Program-made: the position numbers and the translations under genes
Notes under the pieces: model-generated
Databases searched by the model: none
What the model was told of the DNA's origin: nothing
The model's input: the letters and a program-made list of their open reading frames with translations, nothing else
Part shown: piece by piece, positions 55,214 to 64,000 of the stretch
Layout of the letters: each line of letters opens with the position of its first letter
Position numbering within the stretch: position 1 is the first letter of the stretch
Assembly (NCBI GenBank): GCA_002811645.1
Contig: PDIP01000039.1
Location: 173,672-237,671 of the forward strand
Length of the DNA stretch: 64,000 nt
Origin: Corallochytrium limacisporum Hawaii
Lineage: Eukaryota > Protista > Pluriformea
Direction of reading: 5' to 3'

Positions 55214-56377
55214 TCAGTTCGTTTCATTTCCACGCCGCTGCACAACGTTGACAATCTCCAGCAGCGCCTCCCGGTCCTCGGACTCGGGCAAGGGCAGAAC
55301 AGCCGCTCGTGCCAGGTCACAGTGTTTGGAAATCAGTTCCCGCGTACGATCCACCGCGCTGGTGGTCGCAATAAGGCGCAGCGCTTCCTCCACATCCCCC
55401 TCGCGGCAGAACTTCCGCGCAATCAAGGGCTGCAGGGCGCTGTTCTCTTCTTTGGCGTAGAGCACGGGAGCGGTGGCCAGTCCCAGGCGCATGTCGGCGG
55501 CAGCTGGCTTACCCAGTGCCTCCGTGGTGGCAATAATGTCCAGCAGATCGTCGACGACCTGGAAAGCAATGCCCAGCTGCTCGCCGAAAGAGAATGACAT
55601 GCGCTCCAATTGCTCCAGTTCCTTGCTTTCACCCTGCTGCAAGCGTCCCAGGATGACCGCGCTCTGACAGCTGCGCGCCATGAGCGAGGCTGTCTTGAAG
55701 AAGCTCTTCTTCACGTAGTAGTCCAACTGGCTCTTAGCTTCGTCACCGTTGGAGAGCTGCATCACCTCTCCGTGCACTAAGTCCGTGAGAATTCCGCTCA
55801 TGACTTCTACGACCCGCGTGCTCCCCAGCGATGCCAAAAGTTGACTAGCCCGTGCAATAATGAAGTCACCGGCCAGGATCGAGGGCTGATCTCCGTACTT
55901 GACATTCGACGACGGGTTTCCGCGGCGTGTCTCGGCCTCGTCAATGACGTCATCATGTACCAAGCTGGCGGTATGGATCATCTCCGCAATGGCCGCCAGC
56001 TTAATTTGACGGTCGGTGGGCTGGGCTTGGTGGCTTAGTTCCTCACTGAGCAAATTTGTGGCCCGAGACATGAGTAATACGCACAGTGGCCGTAGGTTTT
56101 TCCCTTTGGCTCCGAAATACCATGACGCTGATTCAGATAGTTGTTCTTCAGCGTTGACTAATTTCGAGAACACTAATCCTGGCAGTTTCTGCATGTCTTC
56201 TTTAACGGTTTTTGTGTAGTCAAATTTCTTTTTTGGAAACTGATCTGTACTAGGTGACGGTACCGTTTGCACAGTGACGCCTCGTTTGCCAAACTGTGGG
56301 ATCACATAAGCCCCGTGGCACCTCACGTTGTGGTGACGTTGAACCGTCCGCCCCACAGTGAACACCAGGCGATGCAT
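55214..56377 (-). CDS. PDSS1: Trans-polyprenyl (decaprenyl/solanesyl) diphosphate synthase, Coq1/PDSS1
   Basis: GKNLRP, EMIHTASLVHDDVID..RRG, KTASL, AFQVVDDLLD, LGLATAPVLYA; mitochondrial presequence. Confidence 0.92.
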   Translation of the reverse strand: MHRLVFTVGRTVQRHHNVRCHGAYVIPQFGKRGVTVQTVPSPSTDQFPKKKFDYTKTVKEDMQKLPGLVFSKLVNAEEQLSESASWYFGAKGKNLRPLCVLLMSRATNLLSEELSHQAQPTDRQIKLAAIAEMIHTASLVHDDVIDEAETRRGNPSSNVKYGDQPSILAGDFIIARASQLLASLGSTRVVEVMSGILTDLVHGEVMQLSNGDEAKSQLDYYVKKSFFKTASLMARSCQSAVILGRLQQGESKELEQLERMSFSFGEQLGIAFQVVDDLLDIIATTEALGKPAAADMRLGLATAPVLYAKEENSALQPLIARKFCREGDVEEALRLIATTSAVDRTRELISKHCDLARAAVLPLPESEDREALLEIVNVVQRRGNETN

Positions 56378-57824
56378 TGCGTTTGTAAATCTACAAACCC
56401 TTTCTTCTTTTGTACCAAACTATTTAGGACAAGAGAAGACCATATTTCCTTATTGTCATGTATTCATTACCGTCATGTAGTAAATATGTATCCGACCTGT
56501 GCCGGTGGAGACAGATATTTAATGGTACTTGTCACTTTGGAACTCTCACACTGTAAACGGTTCACAGTATACCCATTTTTTGCTGCCCGTACCGCATGAT
56601 GTCTGCATCCATATCTCAAATACGCTGGTGTCAAATCCAAGATGGCAATCAGTAATGCATGGCACTCGCTCAATACAAACGGAGAAGCTCTGACTGTGCG
56701 CAACACAGTCACTCACTCACTCACTCACCCGCAGCAAGGCCCCCCCCCCCGTGGACCCCAAGCCCAGGTAGCAAGCAAAAAAGCACACGGCCAAAGTTCG
56801 GGGCCTCCGGCCGCACCGAAACACCCCCCCCCCTCCCCTCCCTTCCGGGGTTCTTTCAAGGCTAGGAGTGGTTAACCCGCAAGGCCAAGTAAACCGACTC
56901 GCAAATGGGGGCACACACGGCTGGCTGGCCCCGAAAAAGAAAGAAAAAGAAAAAAAAAGGGAAAGAAGAAAAGGAAGGAAAGAAAGAAAAAGGAAAATTC
57001 CGAACGGTCAGCGTTAAAGTGCGCCTCCCCCGGGCCGTGGAATTCCATACGCTCAGTACTGGGCCCGGTAAACAAAAAAACTGACTCGCAGTGGCGCTCT
57101 GGGGAGGACGAGTGGGCTGGTAATTTTTTTGTTGGGAAAAGGGGGCGGCTTCCAAAGTAACCCAAGACCAAAAGGCCAAACGAAAAAAACAAAACTGAAA
57201 AAAAAACAAAACTGAGCCAGTGCTGAGATTGGGCCCCAGGTGGCCCCCGGTTTTTGTGCTTGGCCAAGGTGCGTGGTACGTAAAGCGTGGTTGGGTGCCC
57301 AGGTATACGATCGAGGCAGATTTACAGAATTTCCGTATATTTATTATTGACGTATTTTATATTTCAACGCACACACAATTCTACGATTATAACGATCCGT
57401 ATATTTCATTTCCCCAACTGCAGGCCCCTACTCTAATACGCACTCACCCCGTACCGGATACACACTGTTACACACTGAAGCTTGGGAGAGACAGTGAGAG
57501 AGAGCGATGAGAGAAACGGAGGGTGGGGGCAAGGTCGGTTACGTTTGGTAGTGGGGAGGGGGTGTAGCCGGGAATGGAACGGGAGTCTATTTTATTACTC
57601 TCCCCAACCCGCCACAAGTCGCTCTGTGTCGCGCTCTCTCTCTCTCTGTGGCTCTCTCTCTCTCTCTGTGGCTCTCTCTCTCTCTCTCTGTGTCGGTGAA
57701 AAGGTGGGGTAGGCCCCTTCTCTTTCCCCGCGGGGAGATGCTGCGATCTGCTCTGCGCTTACATTCCCATATATTTAACATGCCCTAGAGGCCGCCGCGG
57801 GAACGGCACAGCGAGAGAAGACTG

Positions 57825-57825
<1 letters not shown>

Positions 57826-57858
<33 letters not shown>
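57826..57858. repeat. (GA)n microsatellite
   Basis: Direct observation. Confidence 0.9.
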
Positions 57859-57861
<3 letters not shown>

Positions 57862-58328
57862 TGATCCCAAGCGATGCAATAAATACCAACAAATCCGGTG
57901 GAAAACTGAAAGGACGGAGAAAGGGTTTTGGGGGGGGGGGCCTCAAGAAAAAGGGGGGGGGAGGGGTGAGGAGTGAAACCTCGGAGCACGCCCCCGCACT
58001 TTTTAATTGGTTGTTGTTCCCGTACTTTATCTATTGATAATGGGAGTCCATTTTATCCCTCACTGCACTGGGAGTGGCTCTCAAAATAGCAACGCCCCGT
58101 GTGTCCGGAACGCGTGTTTGTCTCCGGGAGTTTAAAGCCAAAAAAAAGGAAAAATCCCACTTTTTATATTTTTGGTGTTCTCGCTCTCTCTCCTTTTCTT
58201 CCTTTTTTTTTTCCTTTCCCAAAACCTCCGCTTCCGCCCCCACTCCCCCCCCCTCTCTCTCTCCTCCGAGTGACACGCAAGACACCGCTGACGATTTGGA
58301 TCGCTCTCCCTGCCTCCCGCTCCCCCCC

Positions 58329-59082
58329 NNNNNNNNNNNNNNNNNNNNNNNNNNNNNNNNNNNNNNNNNNNNNNNNNNNNNNNNNNNNNNNNNNNNNNNN
58401 NNNNNNNNNNNNNNNNNNNNNNNNNNNNNNNNNNNNNNNNNNNNNNNNNNNNNNNNNNNNNNNNNNNNNNNNNNNNNNNNNNNNNNNNNNNNNNNNNNNN
58501 NNNNNNNNNNNNNNNNNNNNNNNNNNNNNNNNNNNNNNNNNNNNNNNNNNNNNNNNNNNNNNNNNNNNNNNNNNNNNNNNNNNNNNNNNNNNNNNNNNNN
58601 NNNNNNNNNNNNNNNNNNNNNNNNNNNNNNNNNNNNNNNNNNNNNNNNNNNNNNNNNNNNNNNNNNNNNNNNNNNNNNNNNNNNNNNNNNNNNNNNNNNN
58701 NNNNNNNNNNNNNNNNNNNNNNNNNNNNNNNNNNNNNNNNNNNNNNNNNNNNNNNNNNNNNNNNNNNNNNNNNNNNNNNNNNNNNNNNNNNNNNNNNNNN
58801 NNNNNNNNNNNNNNNNNNNNNNNNNNNNNNNNNNNNNNNNNNNNNNNNNNNNNNNNNNNNNNNNNNNNNNNNNNNNNNNNNNNNNNNNNNNNNNNNNNNN
58901 NNNNNNNNNNNNNNNNNNNNNNNNNNNNNNNNNNNNNNNNNNNNNNNNNNNNNNNNNNNNNNNNNNNNNNNNNNNNNNNNNNNNNNNNNNNNNNNNNNNN
59001 NNNNNNNNNNNNNNNNNNNNNNNNNNNNNNNNNNNNNNNNNNNNNNNNNNNNNNNNNNNNNNNNNNNNNNNNNNNNNNNNNN
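58329..59082. other. Assembly gap (N run)
   Basis: Ns flanked by poly-C and poly-G. Confidence 1.
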
Positions 59083-59695
59083 GGGGGGAGGGGGAAGGAG
59101 GGCCCAAACCTTTCTTGCTGTGTATTTCGACGGGTCCTTTTGGTTAGGCACACACTCTGGCGCAGCGGTGGGAGAGGAGGAGGGGGGGGGGAGCGTTGGG
59201 AAGCGATAATCTTCTGCTGCGTATTGCGAGCGGACCGATGGTGAGTTGCGCTGCTCGCTTGCGTGCACGGAGACTTCTGTGTGTCTGGGTGGACGTGGAG
59301 AGATTGAGTGGGTTGACTGATGGTAGCAGTGTTTCTTGGGCAGCCGGAATTGGATCTGGGTTTTTGTCGGAGTCTGAGGCTGAAGTTACTTGGGAGTGGT
59401 CAGCTATATTCGATCAGCACTGTGTGGTACCACTGTAGTCATACATACTCATGAATCTTTGAAAGGCGACATTCTGCGACAGTCCGTTTGTTCCATTTGC
59501 ACGTTTCGCTGTACCGCAGCTATCATTAAGGAACAGATATACATCGCCGCGGAAGCCTCGCCACGCTGAAACGATATTTTCACATTTTGGCTAGCACACT
59601 TTCACACGCTAGTCTCGGGACGAGTAGAGCCGTTCGGAAGTCGGTGAAGCAGGGCATAACCTACACAAACACACAAACAGACTACCTAAGCAAAT

Positions 59696-61075
59696 ATGAT
59701 TAGACAGCTTGTGCGCGCAGGTACGGTACGAGCCGTGCTCAATGCTTCCACCCGGCGGGCCGCGGTGGGATCCGCGGTTCCCACGGGTATGATTCTAGTT
59801 CGCCGTCAGTTCCACCAGCGCCGCCAGCGGTCCAGCGTCAGCGACGCGGCCGTGAGTAGCTTCGAGTCCGATTCTGATGAGGGTTCTCGAGTCTCCCTGT
59901 CAAGGGACGGGCGAACTGTCTCCGTCAGTTTCAATGAGGGGTCCCGGCCTTCCCAAGATTACAGCGTCCAATGGCTTCGTCACAACTGTCAGTGCGACGT
60001 GTGCATGCTGCAGAGCTCGGGCCAGCGCAATGTCCTCATTCTCGACTTTCCGGAGAAACTTAGCATTCGTTCGGCGGGACTAGAGCACGGGGACGGACCG
60101 GAGCGGCTCGTCGTTGATTGGGAGGACGGGCACCGCTCCGAATTCACAGGTGCGTGGCTTCGTAGATTTGGCTACGATCACAGCCACCCAGACTCCGCCG
60201 ATTCACTCCGCAGCTGGCGTTGGGCACGAAGCATGCGGCGTCTGTGGAAGGGGGAGGACCAGCCGGACTTCGCCCGTGTTGATCACGACGCGTTCATGGG
60301 CGATGATCACACCCTATTGCAGGCCTTGAAGCGCCTTGCTCGGGACGGCATTGTGTACATTACCAATACTCCGGCAGAGTACGAGAGCGTGAGTCGCATG
60401 GGAGAGCGGGTCGGGGCACTGCGGACTACCTTCTATGGCACGACCTGGGACGTGGTCAGCAAGCCCCAGGCGGAGAACGTCGCGTACACTGCACAGTACC
60501 TCGGACCACACATGGATCTCATGTACTTTGAGTCACCTCCTGGTGTTCAGTACCTGCATGCGCTTAAGTACAAGGTGAAGGGGGGAGCCAACATTTTTGT
60601 GGATGCGTTTAAGCTGACCAAGGATCTGAAAGAACAGGATCCGGAGGCGTTTCACATGCTTGCCACCTACCCAATGACCTTCCACTACAACCACGACGGC
60701 CACCGTCGGCGATACGAGCGTCCGATCTTCCACATGGGCAATACTAATCGTTTCGATGACGGCTTGCCCTCCAAAATTTACTACGCACCCCCATTCGAGG
60801 GCCCGTTGCGTCTCCCGGCGTCGATCATGGACGACTACTATGCTGCGTACCGTCAATTTGTGGCTATGGTGGAGGATCCCGCGTACCACTACGAGCATCT
60901 GCTAGGTGAGGGTGAGACAGTCATCTTTGATAATCGTCGGGTCATGCACGCGCGGCGAGACTTTGACGCTGCCGAGGGACATCGGCACCTGCGCGGTACA
61001 TACGTCGACTATGATGACTTTTACAACCGTCTTCAGTGGTTAACCGACAAGTTCGAGGACGGGCAGCAACTGTAA
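59696..61075 (+). CDS. Gamma-butyrobetaine dioxygenase/TMLD/Aim17-family Fe(II)/2OG dioxygenase, mitochondrial
   Basis: WLRHNCQCDVC zinc domain, WEDGHRS, NVAYT...HMDLMY, DNRRVMHAR, RHLRGTY. Confidence 0.9.
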   Translation: MIRQLVRAGTVRAVLNASTRRAAVGSAVPTGMILVRRQFHQRRQRSSVSDAAVSSFESDSDEGSRVSLSRDGRTVSVSFNEGSRPSQDYSVQWLRHNCQCDVCMLQSSGQRNVLILDFPEKLSIRSAGLEHGDGPERLVVDWEDGHRSEFTGAWLRRFGYDHSHPDSADSLRSWRWARSMRRLWKGEDQPDFARVDHDAFMGDDHTLLQALKRLARDGIVYITNTPAEYESVSRMGERVGALRTTFYGTTWDVVSKPQAENVAYTAQYLGPHMDLMYFESPPGVQYLHALKYKVKGGANIFVDAFKLTKDLKEQDPEAFHMLATYPMTFHYNHDGHRRRYERPIFHMGNTNRFDDGLPSKIYYAPPFEGPLRLPASIMDDYYAAYRQFVAMVEDPAYHYEHLLGEGETVIFDNRRVMHARRDFDAAEGHRHLRGTYVDYDDFYNRLQWLTDKFEDGQQL

Positions 61076-61352
61076 CATGTTAGATGCAAGTTTCTTCCAT
61101 CGTCGACATCACGAACACCCTACTACATCAAACTTGTTCTGTAATTAGTAGTTACAAACAATGTCAACAGCATATCAACCCATTCCTCCATCGTTAATGA
61201 ATTACCAAATAAAAATCTGTTCATTTCTGAAGCCGCGTGGATGACCACGCCTAGACTAGGCTCGGTTCATGTTGAGTGCGGATGATCCTATTCATCGCTT
61301 TGATCACAAAAACATTTCTAATATGGTCCCATGGTATCATGTACTAAATCCT

Positions 61353-62642
61353 CTACGTCTCTGACACGGCCAAAACTTGGTCGGTCGCGAGATCCACTTT
61401 CGACGTCGCAGTAGTGATCTCCTTCATCTCGTCGCTTACGGGCGACTCCCCGGCTCCTACGGTACGCTTAGCGAGGTCACGTTCACGCTTCTGTTGTATG
61501 CGTTCCAACAGGTCTTTCTTGCGATTCGTAAACTCATTCTGGATATTCGTGTAGGTCTTTTCGAGATCTTCAGCCCATCCAAGGCTGACGCAGAGTTTCC
61601 TCACGCCGTCGTCCACCGTGCCCTCTAGAAACACATCCCGAGTGGCGTGTTCACTGTAGAAGTCAAATCCTGCCTTACGCGTGTTGAGTCCGAGGGATCC
61701 CATGATGGGATCATGATGCTGAGTCACATTAGATGCTTCCCTAACTGGTTCTCTGTTGATTAGAACTCTCGGAACATCCTCGCCGACCTCATCCAAAAGG
61801 GTATTGAACGGTGCTACTGCAAGTTTGGTGCCCATGACAAACAGCATGTCACATTTCGGAAAGTCCTTTGCGATGTGCTCCGAGAAGTGGGAGGGCAGTG
61901 CCTCGCCAAACATTGTGATTGCGGGCTTGACATAGTCGCCGCATTCTGTACACATTGGATGCTCATCATTGTGCAGTGCATCGTGCACATGATCCATATC
62001 GTGATGCGCCTGGCATGACGCGCAATGGGCACGGTGAAGGCTTCCGTGCGCTTCAATTATCTTCTCGTCCGGGATACCTGATTCGCGCTCTAAATTGTCA
62101 ACGTTCTGGGTGTAAGATCTCAGCAACAGTCCCTTGTCGTGCAGCAGACGGATAAAGGCATGGGCCAGGGTGGGCCGTGCCTCAACCATGGCACTGAGAT
62201 TGACGACTTCGAAGAACAGTGAGGGATCTTTCCGGAAGGTCCTCACATCCATGGCGTCCTCGGGCCGTTCTACTCCCTTTTCTTTTGCTATTCTAGCATA
62301 CAGGCCGTTGTCAGATCGAAAGTCCGGGATTCCGGCCGCCGTACTAATTCCGGCACCAGACATGACAATAATATTATTCACCCGACCGCTCTGAATGCAC
62401 TGCGCTACACCGTCCACGTCAAGTGTATCCAACACTTTGACGGACTGGGTGTCCACTAGGTTGAAGTTACCGACATCACCAACAGTGTGCTTATCCCAAG
62501 TGCTTCTCAAAGCCTTCACTGCCTTAGTCGTCCACATCTTCGGACCACTCGCTCCGTGGGACTTGTGTTTGCTGTTCCTGTGGCTGTTTCCTGACGCGTC
62601 TGTTTCTATGGTCGATTCACTCTTGCTTTTGTGGAATTTCAT
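61353..62642 (-). CDS. Class I sirtuin (SIRT2/Hst2-like NAD-dependent deacylase)
   Basis: GAGISTAAGIPDFRS, YTQNVDNLE, EAHGS, CASC...CTEC, KPAITMFGEALP, PRVLINRE. Confidence 0.92.
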   Translation of the reverse strand: MKFHKSKSESTIETDASGNSHRNSKHKSHGASGPKMWTTKAVKALRSTWDKHTVGDVGNFNLVDTQSVKVLDTLDVDGVAQCIQSGRVNNIIVMSGAGISTAAGIPDFRSDNGLYARIAKEKGVERPEDAMDVRTFRKDPSLFFEVVNLSAMVEARPTLAHAFIRLLHDKGLLLRSYTQNVDNLERESGIPDEKIIEAHGSLHRAHCASCQAHHDMDHVHDALHNDEHPMCTECGDYVKPAITMFGEALPSHFSEHIAKDFPKCDMLFVMGTKLAVAPFNTLLDEVGEDVPRVLINREPVREASNVTQHHDPIMGSLGLNTRKAGFDFYSEHATRDVFLEGTVDDGVRKLCVSLGWAEDLEKTYTNIQNEFTNRKKDLLERIQQKRERDLAKRTVGAGESPVSDEMKEITTATSKVDLATDQVLAVSET

Positions 62643-63007
62643 ACCTATTCACACAGGAGGTACGAAAGGAAAGAGTTAGAAGAACTTCATACTGCTAGCA
62701 GTGGTATCCGTTTCAACAAAACCAGGAACAAAGGCGTAGCGTCCTCACGTGTATCTTCCTGATCAGAACCTGCCACATACCTCCGAATACCAGCAATGGC
62801 AATAAAATTCCACCCCAGTTGAAAGACTGCGCACGAATGCCAAAATCATCCCATCCGGGGACATACCCTCCTGAGCAGTCAGTGGTCCCGGACATTTGGC
62901 TGGTAGTACGTGGTACCCTGATCGGTGTGGCCCTGTCCATCTCAATCTGCAACCTGCTCTTCCCGGGTCTACGCTGCCCTTGGCTGAAAGTGGCCGGGGT
63001 GTGCGTG

Positions 63008-63118
63008 CCTGTGTGTGTGTGTCCGACTCCCTCTCTCTCTCTTTCTCTCTCTCTCTTACTCTCTCTCTCTCTCTCGCTCTCGCTCTCTCTCTCTCGCTCT
63101 CACTCTCTCTCTCTCTGT
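63008..63118. repeat. Compound (GT)n/(CT)n microsatellite upstream of the sirtuin
   Basis: Direct observation. Confidence 0.85.
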
Positions 63119-63498
63119 GTTTGAAAAGAGGGGAAGGTCGTAACAGGGACCGCCGCGGTGGCAAGCCCCACCCCCCCAAATCGGGCTCTCCTTGGCTTTT
63201 TGTATATCCTCGGGCCCGTTGCCCAGACATTCCATAGTCGGGGTATGAAAATAATGCGCCGCAGCGAGCCCTCCCTTCCACGGTTCCGGACACGGAACGA
63301 TTGATCTGGGACAGCTTTGTATGCTATATACTCTGCAGTGCATCCAACTGAGCATCATAACGATCGAACCCGACAAGTTTTCGCTCCTGCGGGTACCTGA
63401 GTGTGCTGCTGCCTTGGGTGATGCTGTCCTCGATGCCTGTAGCGCGTAGGTGGATCCCTCACACGGAACCAGCCCCGCTGGCTATTCTCTCGTATTGC

Positions 63499-63504
<6 letters not shown>

Positions 63505-63534
<30 letters not shown>
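63505..63534. repeat. (CA)n microsatellite
   Basis: Direct observation. Confidence 0.9.
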
Positions 63535-63541
<7 letters not shown>

Positions 63542-64000
63542 GATTCCACCGCGGGGCAGGGCAATATCGAGAACATTTGTGTTCTTGCACCGTCCAAAAC
63601 CTCAAGAAAGAATTCGGTGGACGTCACCCTGAAGAGGATTTCTACTAAAATGGCTGGGGTTTTCGCCCCTTCCATAGTTTTCCTATTCTTTTCTCTTCCT
63701 TTTTTTTTTCTGTACTGTTTCCGTTAAGCCATATATTTTATTTTTGTGGGTCCCTAGCCTAAATAAAGTCCGCCGTGGCCCAATATTTGTTTACGAAATA
63801 GAAAACTAGTGCGGGCCATTGGGTACCCGCATTCGCCACCGCTAACAATAAAACTACGTGGTGGAGGACGGCAGTCAAACAGAAATGTAGAAAATGAAGG
63901 GGAACGTACTACTATCCTCTGCGTCGAAATATTGCTCCAAATCACATTTAATCAACCGGAATAAGGAGGGAGGGAGAAATTCGCGCCAACCGAGTTCAAA

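Noticed and set aside
58031-59268. Long ORFs spanning N runs (also 46849-47681)
   Set aside because: Artefacts of assembly gaps

Overview
Gene-dense, almost intron-free eukaryotic DNA. It encodes about 22 intact proteins as single ORFs: ZIP7, RRP41, V-ATPase H, RRP43, PFK, rhodanese, UFC1, a KAT14-like acetyltransferase, TFIP11, DDX10, ALAD, FEX, YbjQ-like, SMUG1, a Trx-MsrA-like fusion, a myosin-head chitin synthase, dynein LIC, PDSS1, a BBOX-like dioxygenase, a sirtuin and two uncharacterised proteins. There is also a receptor tyrosine kinase split over two reading frames. An animal-type tyrosine kinase, UFC1 and SMUG1 together with a fungal-type myosin-chitin synthase and near-absence of introns point to a unicellular holozoan (Corallochytrium-like; inference only). 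Main unexplained signals: (1) a gapped-palindromic motif, RTAC-N5(WTTCA)-STAY, seen about 19 times and only in intergenic DNA; (2) a tandem H4/H2A-tail mimic inside the acetyltransferase; (3) a C2-CUB receptor tyrosine kinase whose two halves are joined only by a candidate 32-nt intron or a 1-nt frameshift; (4) an operon-like YbjQ-FEX pair separated by 7 nt; (5) two proteins with bacterial-type domains. All calls are by eye from motifs; no searches were run. The window contains three assembly gaps.
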